A stretch of DNA of 63,470 bases, counting the filler, from Aduncisulcus paluster (taxonomy: Eukaryota): the NCBI GenBank assembly GCA_024181965.1. It is 11 parts of 11 records of this genome, joined end to end, with 100 filler letters (N's around TTAATTAATTAA, not from the genome) between each part and the next. Parts side by side here need not be neighbours in the genome. Positions count along the whole stretch, not along the records: positions 1 to 1,771 come from BQXS01011855.1; positions 1,872 to 4,361 come from BQXS01011857.1; positions 4,462 to 6,061 come from BQXS01011858.1; positions 6,162 to 17,127 come from BQXS01011859.1; 7 more parts are not named here. One strand, 5' to 3'. Below the pieces are notes generated by a model that had not been told where the DNA came from, did no database searches, and was given only the letters and a program-made list of their open reading frames with translations. Position 1 is the stretch's first letter. Every line of letters begins with the position of its first letter. Both the position numbers and the translations under genes were made by a program. Below are positions 1-11,315 of this stretch, one piece after another.

Positions 1-959
1 GGAAGAAGAGGAATAAGCACCCTCCCGAAATGAGGATACTGCACACGACTCATCATCAGTATAGACACGAACAAGGAGACGGAGGCTTTGATGAGATCGA
101 GAAACAGAGGCATTGTAGGAGAAGCATTCGGGAATAGATGACCAAGGGTAAGGGGAGAGAAGACAATGGAGGATGACCCAACGATCAGAGCAGCAGCAGG
201 CGACGGAAGACCGCTGAACACAGCCACACCACCTTTCTGGCCCTGCTTCCTCTTCTCGATAACAAAACGAATAAGACGAGCAAATACCATGGCTCCATAG
301 ATCACAGCCATTGGATATCCAAGGAATTTGGAGTGGAAACTAAGACCATTCATAAGTCCAATGCATAGACCAAAGGACGTGGCATCAGCAATATCATCAA
401 ATAATTCCCCCTGTGGAGTACTTCCAAACTTCTCGGCAGCACGTCCATCGAAAAGATCCAAAACTTGACCAAGGAAAACTAAAAGGAGAGCATGAGATTG
501 GGGGTGATGTTTCAGTAAAAACACAATTCCCAATACTCCACATGCAAGGTTGAGACACGAAATACAATTAGCGTACCAGACGTAGGGGATCAAAGGAAAT
601 AAAAGAGAAAAAACTTCAATAACTGTCATGACAACAAAAAGAACTGGTGAAAAACGCATCATGAACTTGGTTTCAGTGATAATATTTATCACACACAAAG
701 ATATGGCAACGATAGAAAGCATATCATTGATACGGGCGAAATTATTAGTATTAGCACCATTTTTGATTAGTTCTTTGTATGATTTGCTAGTACGAAGCAA
801 AATCTCACGGAATAAATCCACAAAGATAAAGGGAATAGTATATTTCCAATTTAATATATGATGTTTTTCAATATCAATTGGAATGAATGCAAGAATAGCT
901 AAAACTACATCCAACATTAAGAATGAATTGGATTTTGATGATTTCCTTCGACTTTTCAT
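1..959 (-). CDS. CDP-alcohol phosphatidyltransferase, PssA/phosphatidylserine synthase-like (3' end outside window)
   Basis: Not in the ORF track; translated by hand from ATG at 959 and appears open to the window edge. Contains LDLFDGRAAEKFGSTPQGELFDDIAD (DGxxA...GxxxDxxxD signature), FSGLPSPAAA and LMMSRVQYPHF, with several hydrophobic helices. Confidence 0.85.
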   Translation of the reverse strand, partial: MKSRRKSSKSNSFLMLDVVLAILAFIPIDIEKHHILNWKYTIPFIFVDLFREILLRTSKSYKELIKNGANTNNFARINDMLSIVAISLCVINIITETKFMMRFSPVLFVVMTVIEVFSLLFPLIPYVWYANCISCLNLACGVLGIVFLLKHHPQSHALLLVFLGQVLDLFDGRAAEKFGSTPQGELFDDIADATSFGLCIGLMNGLSFHSKFLGYPMAVIYGAMVFARLIRFVIEKRKQGQKGGVAVFSGLPSPAAALIVGSSSIVFSPLTLGHLFPNASPTMPLFLDLIKASVSLFVSILMMSRVQYPHFGRVLIPLL

Positions 960-1217
960 GGTGGTGTGAAGTCAGAACAACACTTTTACGCTAACTCAAA
1001 AATGTCTTTAAATTTCAACGATTCAATATCATAATATTCTTTAAAAAGGTAAAAATTAACATAAAAATTAAAAAAATATGAAAATTTACTTTAGGATTAG
1101 ACGAGATAGGGAAACATAAAATTCGAGCATGTTGACCCATTATATTGATTTATATATGTTAATAATAGTGTGAAATATTGAAAATGAAAGTGATACTGAT
1201 ATATGTTCATTATTCTC

Positions 1218-1771
1218 CTAGTATCTTCCACCCATCCCTTTCCTCTCTCTGGGTCTTCCTCTATCTCTACCTCTAGGCCTCCCCCAATCTCCTCTATCCC
1301 TTCCCCTATCTCGTCCTCTACTACTATATCTTGATCTTCCCCTCTTCATTCCACCAATAAAGCTTTCCCATTCTTTTTTTTCCTTCGAGCTCTTGTCAGT
1401 ATATGGAACAGGCAGGGTGTATGATCGATCAGACAACACCCACATCGAGTCAGGCTGGGGAGTATATGTGAGATTAACGGGAGCTAGAACACGAGATATG
1501 GTCTTTTTATCAGGCATGGGAGCATGATAAGGATTGCCGGAAGAACGATATCCACTCTCCTCGCTTGCTTTCCGTTGCTGGAACTTCCACTCAGATACAC
1601 TCAAGACTTTGCCCCGTCGAGTGCCTCCAAGACCTCCACCACACCTTCGGGGCTTCCAATCAGTTTCATCACCATAGAGTTTGCCGGAAGATAAGGCTGA
1701 ATAGTCACTTAAAGAATCTTTTGAAGAAATTCCTGCATGTTGCTCCCGTGGTCCAGCATATTCTTTCCACC
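1218..1771 (-). CDS. C-terminal part of a U1 snRNP 70K-like protein (5' truncated at contig edge)
   Basis: The frame of ORF 1218-1604 stays open to the contig edge. It reads DWKPRRCGGGLGGTRRG, close to the post-RRM WxPRRLGGGLGGTRRG motif of U1-70K, followed by an R/G/D-rich tail. The RRM itself is not present in this fragment. Confidence 0.55.
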
Positions 1772-1871
1772 NNNNNNNNNNNNNNNNNNNNNNNNNNNNN
1801 NNNNNNNNNNNNNNNTTAATTAATTAANNNNNNNNNNNNNNNNNNNNNNNNNNNNNNNNNNNNNNNNNNNN
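1772..1871. other. Artificial contig spacer (N-run + TTAATTAATTAA + N-run). Also at 4362-4461, 6062-6161, 17128-17227, 35655-35754, 37956-38055, 43249-43348, 45011-45110, 59329-59428 and 61350-61449
   Basis: Identical 100-nt linker with stops in all six frames; genes are cut off on both sides of it. Confidence 0.98.
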
Positions 1872-3957
1872 CACTAACATATTTATCTTTCGTACACTTC
1901 TTAATGAGATGCGCACGGATAGCATCATCGTGGACAGTGTAGCACTCACCATTGGCACCTTCCTTGGCGATGAACGCACATTGCTTCCGCTTCTCAAACG
2001 GGTTGTACACCTCATTCCGAATGATCGACGGGCAAAGAGGGGAAGTGGGATCACAGAAGATATGAGTATCATGGCGTCTTTCTAACTCACATTCATTCGT
2101 TAAAAAATAGAACTTCTTCTCTTGTGGCTGACTCTCATGGTTCGGAAACAGAGAGTGGATATACCGCCAATATATAGATTCGTTCTCGGAATGGCACAAG
2201 GGAATCCGAGAAAACACATTGAAGTCATCCTTGCGTGGACATTCAGGATTACAATAATCATCGGGTGGAGAAGAGATGATCAGCTTAGTCATCCCAATAT
2301 TCCGATAGAACACGGAAATATCGAAGACATTGGGGTTCCCTGCAATAGAAACAGACACTAGCCGATTCAACGTGAACAGGGAATTGAGGGCATTATTCCC
2401 GATGATGTGCTTGGGAGATTCGTAGATTGGATTGGAGATGTTCAACTCAATGAGCTGGTGGACGGAATCGAGATCTTTGAGGGAGTACAGTGGGTTGGAC
2501 TCAAGATTCAGCGTAGAAATCGCACCGAGTCCATCAATACCCTCAATGGAAGAAATGTTACTGTTAGAGAGATTGAGGAGTGGTATTCCAATAAAATGTT
2601 GATGGGAAAGTTCACATCTGAATGGATGATCTGAAGATATCGTTTCACAAAGAGTCCTTCGAAAGAATATATCAGGTATAACGATTTCTTGTTTCTTCAT
2701 ACAGTTTCCATAGGAATCTGGAGTGCAAATTGATGTTATATAATTATCAGATCTCACATACCTAATGTTAAGATATCGTTTATAATTCTTTGATTCTGCA
2801 ATACATGTTCTTTTTTTAATGTCAAAATAATATCCTTCCCAACAATCAACAAAGGAAGACGTCATATTATATCCACAAATCTGCATTGAATCATAAGAAA
2901 CACGTGAAGAGCAACGACAAGATTGATCTTTAATAACTATTTCAAAATCAGGAAACGAAAAGTGAGAGTTAAGAGCGTTAAAAACTCCTTCGGTATCACA
3001 AATAGCATTGTTCCATAGATTAATAGAATGAAGGCTATCAGGAGGAAAAATCTGAAGGATTAGTGGAATACCTTCTTCATTGTAGTAAAGGTTAGTAATA
3101 TAGAGAGATTGAGTTTGTGGAATGTATGCAATACAATCGGTCGAAAAAACCTGATTTTGAATCTTGCCTCTTATAATACCGGGCCATTCTCTCTGGTCAT
3201 ATTCATATTCAAGTTCAGCAAGTCTTGGAAAATCCTCATTGTTTCCTTTATAACCAGATTTAAATCCAAAAGGAGAGTTATAAGATTGTAAATCATCAGC
3301 AGATTCAAGAATCCGAAATGCGTCTCCAAAACAAAGAAGCAACAGAAAAGAAAGACAAAACAACGATATAATCACTGGCATTGATGATCTCGTTAGATGA
3401 TTGAATATGCTTCTGGGGAATATTAATGATAAAACGAGGAAAAGGAAGAGATGGTTTGGTTTGGATAGTTTAGAAGAAAAGGAATCGATTCTTCTATCAG
3501 AGGGATATTCTGCTTCACTGGAGTGACTCGTGTTATATTGATGACTGGAAGAAGGGGGATTTGTTATTATTGTTGATAATACAATGGATGAAGGAAGGTT
3601 CTTAAGAGAAACTTCAGACCTATTATCAGACGATCTTCGGACAGCTGATTGGATTCCATGAGACATTGAAATGGGAAAAATGTGACCATTCTGCAAACTA
3701 TCGGATGCAATTGAATCTGCAGGGTCTAAGACAGCAACAGAATGAGAGGGAACTGATCGCAAAGGATCTGGAACAAAATGATCTTGAAGAGAGGAAGACA
3801 TGGGTTGATGATGACGGATTGAAAATAAATTGAATGAAATGAAAAACAATACGCCAAGGAATGCTCCAATGGCCACGAGAATGACATGACAACGAGAACA
3901 CGGGATATGAGTGTGATAGATCCTTAGGTACCCCGATGTTCTGGCTTCTGTATGCAT
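1872..3957 (-). CDS. Cys-rich leucine-rich-repeat surface/secreted protein (3' truncated); alternative start at 3381
   Basis: LRR units LNLSNSNISSIEGI, LNLESNPLYSLKDL, LNISN and VSIAGNPNVFDIS, plus many Cys. A signal-like MPVIISLFCLSFLLLLCFGDA begins at 3381. Confidence 0.75.
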
Positions 3958-4176
3958 GTGAATGGGAATTACAAATATATTATTTTGAAATATATGTGAT
4001 TGGCATACAAACGATGGGTACTCAGATACATGATTTTTATTTATATGACGGCAAACTCTGCTTTGTGCGAAAAGAAATAAACAAAGACTTCCTTTTGATA
4101 AGTAATATTTTGCTATATAAATTTTTCTTTCAGAAAAACTTCAGTTTTTGGTTTAAAACAGAGGTCTCCAGACACG

Positions 4177-4361
4177 TCATACAGGCGGCCTGGGATCAGT
4201 TTCCAAAGTCTTCATTTCATAATCCTTGAGACAGCACAGCTCTCTGCGACATAATGCACATCCAAGCCGGACCAGGAGTCTTTCTTTCCACCTCCTGCTC
4301 CTCTCACTCCTAGAGTCCCCAGGCGTGTTGAAATCCGATGCTTGCATTGCGATTCCATGAA
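4177..4361 (-). CDS. GC-richer C-terminal ORF fragment, possibly the end of a non-LTR retrotransposon REL-endonuclease ORF
   Basis: Open from the contig edge: HGIAMQ...RRWKERLLVRLGCALCRRELCCLKDY...PPV*. Only a loose resemblance to the terminal helix of REL domains. Confidence 0.25.
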
Positions 4362-4461
4362 NNNNNNNNNNNNNNNNNNNNNNNNNNNNNNNNNNNNNNN
4401 NNNNNTTAATTAATTAANNNNNNNNNNNNNNNNNNNNNNNNNNNNNNNNNNNNNNNNNNNN

Positions 4462-6023
4462 ATGTATTTCACACATTTCTCATTGTATTTACATGACTCT
4501 TTGTTCTTCATACACTTCAGAGCACACAACACAGGAGGCGAGCAGTATGAAGCAGGGTATTCGACACGAGCAAGGATAACAACACCGAACCCACCTTTCC
4601 CAATGATACAAAGAGGAGTAATGGTACAGGAGGAAGTCAAGGTCTGAGGGAGTGGGACAGGAATGGGGTGTTGAGAAGGAGTAGAAGAAGTTGGTTGGTT
4701 TGGGTTGGATTTGGTAGGTTCAGATGTCTTTGTTTCTTGAGTGAGTGATTCTGTTTGTTGTTTTGAACTTGAAGGAATATCTTTCTTTCCCCGAGATTCT
4801 ATCTTTATCTCTTTTTCTTCTTCTTCTTCTTCTTCTTTCACAGCTTCTTTCACAGCTTCTTTCACAGGTTTTGATGGCAAAGACAAATTTGATGTGGGTG
4901 TCTTGGAGGAACTGAAAGGAACAGGAACAGGAGTAAGAAGAGGAGGAGAGGTGGGAATATCATCACCTCGAAGGAAAACAACGGAGTAGATCCTGAAACA
5001 TCGACACTTCTTATTATACCACGATCCTTTCCCTTCAATCTCACACAATACAACATTATCCAAATCAATAGGAAGGAAGTGCCATTCAAATCTATGTTTA
5101 GGTCTGGTGAATTCATACTTCTTGTATGTCTTCTTACCATCACAATCAGTGAAAGTGAAGAGAAGAGAGGGTGAACTGCAATGAGAATGCACACAGATAT
5201 AAGCACCTTTCATAGGGCTAGGTGATGGGAAAGGGATGGAAAGATGGGATAACCATACATCATCTTCCCCTCTTAACATTTTTTGTGCATCTGAACTCTG
5301 ATCATACCTTTTAGATTCCTTACTATACACATCATGCTTGCACTTAACCATTGAGAATGAAGGATCTACAAGCTTTGGATCATCACGTGGAATGGGAATA
5401 GAATCTCTACCTTCAGATTCTTCATCTCCTTCCTTAACAAACTCTGATTTCACAATTGGAGCTTCAGACCATAGTTTCTCTCTGGCTTCACGAGATGTGA
5501 TTTCTTCAGGAGTTTCATCTCTACTAATGAACACAAGGGAGTGGATTTCAAAAGATTCTCGCCATCTTCCTTTCCCTGTAATCTCACACAGAACAACATC
5601 AGGGAGATCAACAGGAAGGAAATACCAACGATCACCTCTAAATTCAGGAAATTCGTACTTTTTGGATGTTTTCTCACCCTTTGAAGATGTGAGAGTGATG
5701 ATAAGGTGTGATGGAGGTGAAGTAAAATCCCATAGACAAATATAAGCCCCTTTCATTGAGGAAGATGAAGAGAAAGGAATCGAGATATGGGTAAAATATG
5801 CTAAATCAAACTGACCTTCTGCTTTCATCATCTCTTGTGCTTCAGAACTCTGATCGTACCCAAATTCACCTTCTTCCTTGGTTCCATCTATTGCTTTGAT
5901 AGTTGGAAACTTTGCACTCTTAATATTGGGGGCATCTCCAGGAATTAGACAGCACCACTTATTTCCTTCATGAATAAACTCAGGTTGCACAGTTTGAATA
6001 ACAGCATCTGTGGATGAACTCAT
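4462..6023 (-). CDS. Protein kinase with two N-terminal ~175-aa lineage-specific repeats (kinase domain truncated)
   Basis: The repeats share YDQSS.AQ.M...HxSIPF...MKGAYIC...KKYEF...W.FLP.DL..VVLCEI.GKG.W. They are followed by a S/P/E linker, then kinase IGKGGFGVV and CALK. Confidence 0.85.
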
Positions 6024-6161
6024 TTGAATAGAGATAGAATATCTTATCTAAAAAATAAAACNNNNNNNNNNNNNNNNNNNNNNNNNNNNNNNNNNNNNNN
6101 NNNNNTTAATTAATTAANNNNNNNNNNNNNNNNNNNNNNNNNNNNNNNNNNNNNNNNNNNN

Positions 6162-7423
6162 ATCTCATTGATACTCAGACCACAGCGTCCAGGAGAAGCG
6201 ATCACGACAAAACCAGGGTAGAACATAATGGATCCAAGAAGACCTTGAGCAGTACGTGGGGAGAAAGAGAATTGTTTCAGAGGGAATGTGACAATGGGTG
6301 TCTCAGAAATATGGGTGAGATCAAGGTCACTGCAGGCCACAACGACCTGAGGAGCAGTAAGATCAATCTTGGCTTTGGTCATCACAGATGAAAGCTCTGA
6401 CTTGAAATCAGGGAATCTCTGCATAATTTCATACCGAGAATCAGGTTTCACGGTGGAGTAAAACTTCTTGATTTCATCAGACTCAGCAATTGGCTTCATA
6501 ACATCATCAACGGCAACACTAAATTCCTTGGCCTTTTCAGGATTAGCAAGGGATGGAGAATGCTCTCCAAGAAGAGTGATCATGAGGTGATTCATCTTCT
6601 TGCCAGCCATCGTAGCAACCTCTTTCACTTCAGCATGGTTCAAGGCAGTCTTGGAAATACCAGCGGCAAGATTGGTGATTAAGGAGAGCCCGAAAACCTC
6701 CAAACCGGCATCAGCTGCAGCTTGAGCCTCAGGAACACTGGACATTCCAAAGGCACCGACACCCATTTCTTTGAGAGCAGTAATTTCGGCAGGAGTCTCA
6801 TAAGAGGGGCCACTCATCCAAGCATATACACCTTCATGGCAGGTAAAATCAATTTTAGCACAAATCTTCCGGCATTTGGCAGCCATTTCCTCAGAATAGA
6901 GATTTTTTTCTTCAAATGATTTGAATCCAAATTGGTGGGTAGAACACTCAAGAGGTGACCATCTAGCCATATTAACGTGATCAGTTATGATCATAACATG
7001 TCCTGGAGGTCCACGGGCACCTCCAGCGGCATTTGTGAGAACATATGTTTTACATCCACATAGGGCAGCAAGACGAGGCAATAAAGTGACAGTAGTTCCA
7101 GTGTAACCTTCATATGAATGGAAACGACCAGAAAAACAGAGAACTTTGTTATCACCAAGCTTTCCACAGATGAGTTTACCAGTATGACCAGAAACAGTGG
7201 GAAGGGGCATATGAGGAATATCTTTGTATGGAATGGCAATAGAACCACCACGATCTATTATCTCTTTTTCACTGAGACCCTTGAATTCATCACCAGAAGC
7301 AGGTTTAAAGGCAGCAGGAACGAAACCAGCTAATCCAGAACCAAGGACAAGAGCAATATCAAAAGAACCGACTCTTTCAAGTATATAATTTGAAGCGGAT
7401 TTTAAATTCTTTAGAAAATTCAT
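6162..7423 (-). CDS. PNP: Purine nucleoside phosphorylase (trimeric PNP type) with C-terminal extension (3' truncated)
   Basis: Motifs VLGSGL, GHTGKL, GRFHSYEG, LTNAAGG, GPSYETPAE, GMSSVPE, LSLITNLAAG and LNHAEV. ATG at 7423. Confidence 0.93.
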
Positions 7424-8132
7424 TTTTTTTGTGTACTGTAACCATAATGGAAATGTTTGTCTTTCGAAATTGATGTGCGGCTCATCATGTTCATATTCAT
7501 GGATAATCAAGCTTGGGAAAATTTGAAGTCTCAATATTCATGAAATTGTCGAGCATTCTTCTCAAAAAAAATGCAAATAATGGGTCTAAGAATTGACTTT
7601 GACAAAATCCAACTCGAGGCATTCATGAAAGTAAATAAGAGAAAATATTTTATGCACCAAATGCCACTCAAATATACATCATAAGACGAAATATGGTTTT
7701 ATTTTCTATAANNNNNNNNNNNNNNNNNNNNAGCAGGAACGAAACCAGCTAATCCAGAACCAAGGACAAGAGCAATATCAAAAGAACCGACTCTTTCAAG
7801 TATATAATTTGAAGCGGATTTTAAATTCTTTAGAAAATTCATTTTTTTTTTGTGTACTGTAACCATAATGGAAATGTTTGTCTTTCGAAATTGATGTGCG
7901 GCTCATCATGTTCATATTCATGGATAATCAAGCTTGGGAAAATTTGAAGTCTCAATATTCATGAAATTGTCGAGCATTCTTCTCAAAAAAAATGCAAATA
8001 ATGGGTCTAAGAATTGACTTTGACAAAATCCAACTCGAGGCATTCATGAAAGTAAATAAGAGAAAATATTTTATGCACCAAATGCCACTCAAATATACAT
8101 CATAAGACGAAATATGGTTTTATTTTCTATAA
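7313..8132. repeat. ~400-bp direct duplication across a 20-N gap (7313-7711 and 7732-8132); probable haplotype or assembly artefact
   Basis: The copies are identical apart from a poly-T length difference and sit directly either side of the gap. Confidence 0.85.
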
Positions 8133-8644
8133 TTTCATTTCGTTGTCTCAGGAGAAACGAATCAAATCTAAAAAACTCTGTCTGACGTGGTGGACACTTG
8201 TTCTTCTTCACTCTATTTGTAATTTCCTCTATATTCATGATATTATGCATTTAATGGCCAGATTTAGAAGAAATTAACGAGGATTTATGGAAAGAACTTC
8301 TTTCACTTTTTGAAAAAGTATGCCGGAGAATATTGAATGGGGGTAACAAATACTATAACAATAGCATAAGACTCATTCTATTATGAATAAATATTATATG
8401 ATATATACTATAAAGAATAAAATACAAAAAAAAAAAAAAAAGCAAATACTGAAACACAAATAAAAATAATAATAAATAGACTAAGCAAGAATAAATAAAG
8501 GGACAAATTGAAAAAGATGACAATACTACTAATACATAAAGCTTATAGTTGCTACAAAAACAAAGAATGAGTCATTGAAAAATCAAGCAAAAAGCAAAAA
8601 CATAAAATAAAAAGAGAGACAATAACCTTGATTATAACATATTA

Positions 8645-11002
8645 TTACTTTCTATATCTTCGCCCCGGATTCTTTCTTAACAACTCATTCTGAAGGGCCA
8701 ATTGAGCATCCACCCATATTAAAGAATTTGGATCACACACGACATCTTGGATAACTTTCAAATCGAGAGCACTGCTGAGATCGAATGTGTTCGAACCATT
8801 AAGTATCTCAGTGCAATATTTAAAGCAACTATGGAGAGTGAGGATTCCCCTTTGAGTGAGAAAAAAGGGCGGTAACGCCTCTTCAAACAGTTTGACAACA
8901 CACGCAGGAACAATGAAGCACAGCATTGGGAAGAGAACACAAGTAAATCGAATCGGAAGCCCGTCTTTTCGAAGGGCCATCTTTCTCATCTTCCTTCTCT
9001 GTCTGACATCACTCCCAGAGCAATCAAACATTGATGACAATGCTATCTTCTCTCGTTTCAATCCGATTTGGATTCCAATATTACTCATATTATCAAATAT
9101 TTTCTTCGATATTTCAGTTTTTACGGGATATTTTGACATGTCGACTCCTTCAATGGTGGGAATTTCTGGAATTGAATGAACGACGTCGAGCGGCAATAGT
9201 TTTTGTACAATATCAATGTAACAACCAATGTATAGAGCGATGATTGAAGCATGGACATCTTTCAGGGAGATCATACTCTTGATATGCGACCCGATAGAAT
9301 CAGATTCTGGCGGATGAGAGAAGGGAAGAACCTCGATTAAAGTGGACAAATAACGCAGAACATCCCCACTAGAAGGGAAGAAGGCTCGTCTAAATTCTGA
9401 GAAACACGTCTTTGGCGTGAGATATGGATTTGTTCCATGTTGAAATGATTTGGATATAAACGCCTCATCGATGGAAGGAATACTCACTAGCTTATCCTTG
9501 GAAACATGCCTTCTAAGCTGTGGGGAAATATCTTTTCGTTGAGCCATTGCTGCGGCGTGTGCTTCTTGAGCCCTTAATTGTTCCTGTTCGGCCAGGAATC
9601 CTTCATCCACACCTGATTCACGCAAGACAGAGTAACCATCCATCAACATGAGCTCCTTTGTTTCCCCATGGTCAAACATTGAAGAGTTTGACTTCTTGAG
9701 AGTGGGACTCAATTCTTGAACTATATCTTTAAGGCGAACTTTTTCTTGAACGGCCATTTTCCTGGCCTGGTGAAACATAGTCTCGCGACGCTCTTTCTTC
9801 TTCTTCTTAACATTGCGAATAACCCTTTGAACAGCTGGGATTTCACATGTAAAACGACCAACCACCTCAGCGATACAAACTTCGCCGGGGATGATAAGAG
9901 AGGCCAGAAGAGAGAAAGGGTTGGCGATGGTTGGATCTGCAGGAAGGAAAGAGAAAGGCTGTTTCATGGTCCATGGAGATTTAACAGATAGATTCATAGG
10001 ATACTCAGCAAATTCTTTCATCTCTTCATCATATTCAGCGGAGAGAGAAGAATCAACTGATATTCCTACCTTTTTCTTTGACTGTATATCCCTTCGAACG
10101 GCTGCAGAGGGATGCGAGGGAGAGTATTTGGCATCATCTTGAGTCGATTTGGAATGAGTTTCAGCAAATCTGGTTTTCCTGGCTTCTTTCTCTTTGGCGA
10201 CACCAATAATCTCCTGGAATATATCTTCAATCCGCTGCTCGAGGAAAGTTTTCCCCTCGCCACTTTTCCAATCTTCCATCCGTCGCAGCGCTTCTTCTCT
10301 GATTTCAGCAGTGGATATCTCATCTGTAACGTTTGAAAGCCTTTGGGAATGAACCTCAAGCATATCAAGCTGTTCTTCCCTGGCTGTATCAAGAAATGAG
10401 CCTCGTCTTGCCAGATCCTTTTGTGAGGAACTTGATCGAATCTTTTGTGTCGATTTCTGTGTTCTGAGAAAGAGTTCCACTTCCTCTTCTTTCACCTTCT
10501 CTTCTCGTTCTTTTCGAATTTTCTTTTCGAGAGATTGAAGCTGTTCTTCATAAATATCTATTACAGAATCTATGGCTTGTGTGAGCGCTGAAGGAGGAAT
10601 TGAATGTGTGATCATTTGAGATCTTAGGTGGGGTGGTATTTTAATTTCTGTTTTCTCGCCATACATCAATGAATGACATGATCTTTTAACCATTTTTTCT
10701 TCACGTGCATCCTGTATCCTCTCTTTGTTACGGGGAAGCTGAAGAGATATCATTGTCGAGATTAAAGTGGCATTATCGGGCTTGGGAGGAATATAATTTG
10801 GATTAGTAATTGATTTTTCGAAGGCTGCTTCCTTCGCTTCAAGAATTTTTTGTAAAGAAGTTCTAGAATCCTTCTTTTTCCTTGTCGAAGGGCTCGAGAA
10901 TACACGAGAAGAGGAGGCTTTTAATGAAGGTGATGATAGGCTTCTTTGGCCTCTTTTAATGACCTTTTGAGTCAATTTTAGTGGGTTTACATTCGGATTC
11001 AT
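8645..11002 (-). CDS. Hypothetical protein, 785 aa, coiled-coil rich; C-terminus weakly FAM227/FWWh-like
   Basis: Long ATG-initiated ORF. The FAM227 resemblance (LFPMLCFIVPACVVKLFEEALP...CTEILNG) is weak. Confidence 0.75.
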   Translation of the reverse strand: MNPNVNPLKLTQKVIKRGQRSLSSPSLKASSSRVFSSPSTRKKKDSRTSLQKILEAKEAAFEKSITNPNYIPPKPDNATLISTMISLQLPRNKERIQDAREEKMVKRSCHSLMYGEKTEIKIPPHLRSQMITHSIPPSALTQAIDSVIDIYEEQLQSLEKKIRKEREEKVKEEEVELFLRTQKSTQKIRSSSSQKDLARRGSFLDTAREEQLDMLEVHSQRLSNVTDEISTAEIREEALRRMEDWKSGEGKTFLEQRIEDIFQEIIGVAKEKEARKTRFAETHSKSTQDDAKYSPSHPSAAVRRDIQSKKKVGISVDSSLSAEYDEEMKEFAEYPMNLSVKSPWTMKQPFSFLPADPTIANPFSLLASLIIPGEVCIAEVVGRFTCEIPAVQRVIRNVKKKKKERRETMFHQARKMAVQEKVRLKDIVQELSPTLKKSNSSMFDHGETKELMLMDGYSVLRESGVDEGFLAEQEQLRAQEAHAAAMAQRKDISPQLRRHVSKDKLVSIPSIDEAFISKSFQHGTNPYLTPKTCFSEFRRAFFPSSGDVLRYLSTLIEVLPFSHPPESDSIGSHIKSMISLKDVHASIIALYIGCYIDIVQKLLPLDVVHSIPEIPTIEGVDMSKYPVKTEISKKIFDNMSNIGIQIGLKREKIALSSMFDCSGSDVRQRRKMRKMALRKDGLPIRFTCVLFPMLCFIVPACVVKLFEEALPPFFLTQRGILTLHSCFKYCTEILNGSNTFDLSSALDLKVIQDVVCDPNSLIWVDAQLALQNELLRKNPGRRYRK

Positions 11003-11315
11003 ACACCAATTGGTTAAATTATCCAGAAAATTAGTATGGATAATTTTTATTGGATTTTATAGAGTTATTTCAATTTATATTTGCCTTACAAAATGTTAGA
11101 TGATTAGAATAGTGTTGTATTATTTAGATATGGAGTGGTAGAAGTGATATCTCTTCCAGACTGGTTTGTCGCGTTATTTATAAAATAAATATTTATTATT
11201 ACCGATTTATTGATTTTCAAGATTATATATAATGTTAATATCTTAATAAAATGAATGCAGGGGAGGATTCTGATTTTTCACCCGTTCTTCCTTCTTTTGA
11301 GAGTTTTTTTCAGCC

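Noticed and set aside
1772..1871. Recurrent TTAATTAATTAA palindrome within N-runs, and ORFs ending in X...LIN
   Set aside because: Artificial contig linker; gene neighbourhoods across it carry no meaning.
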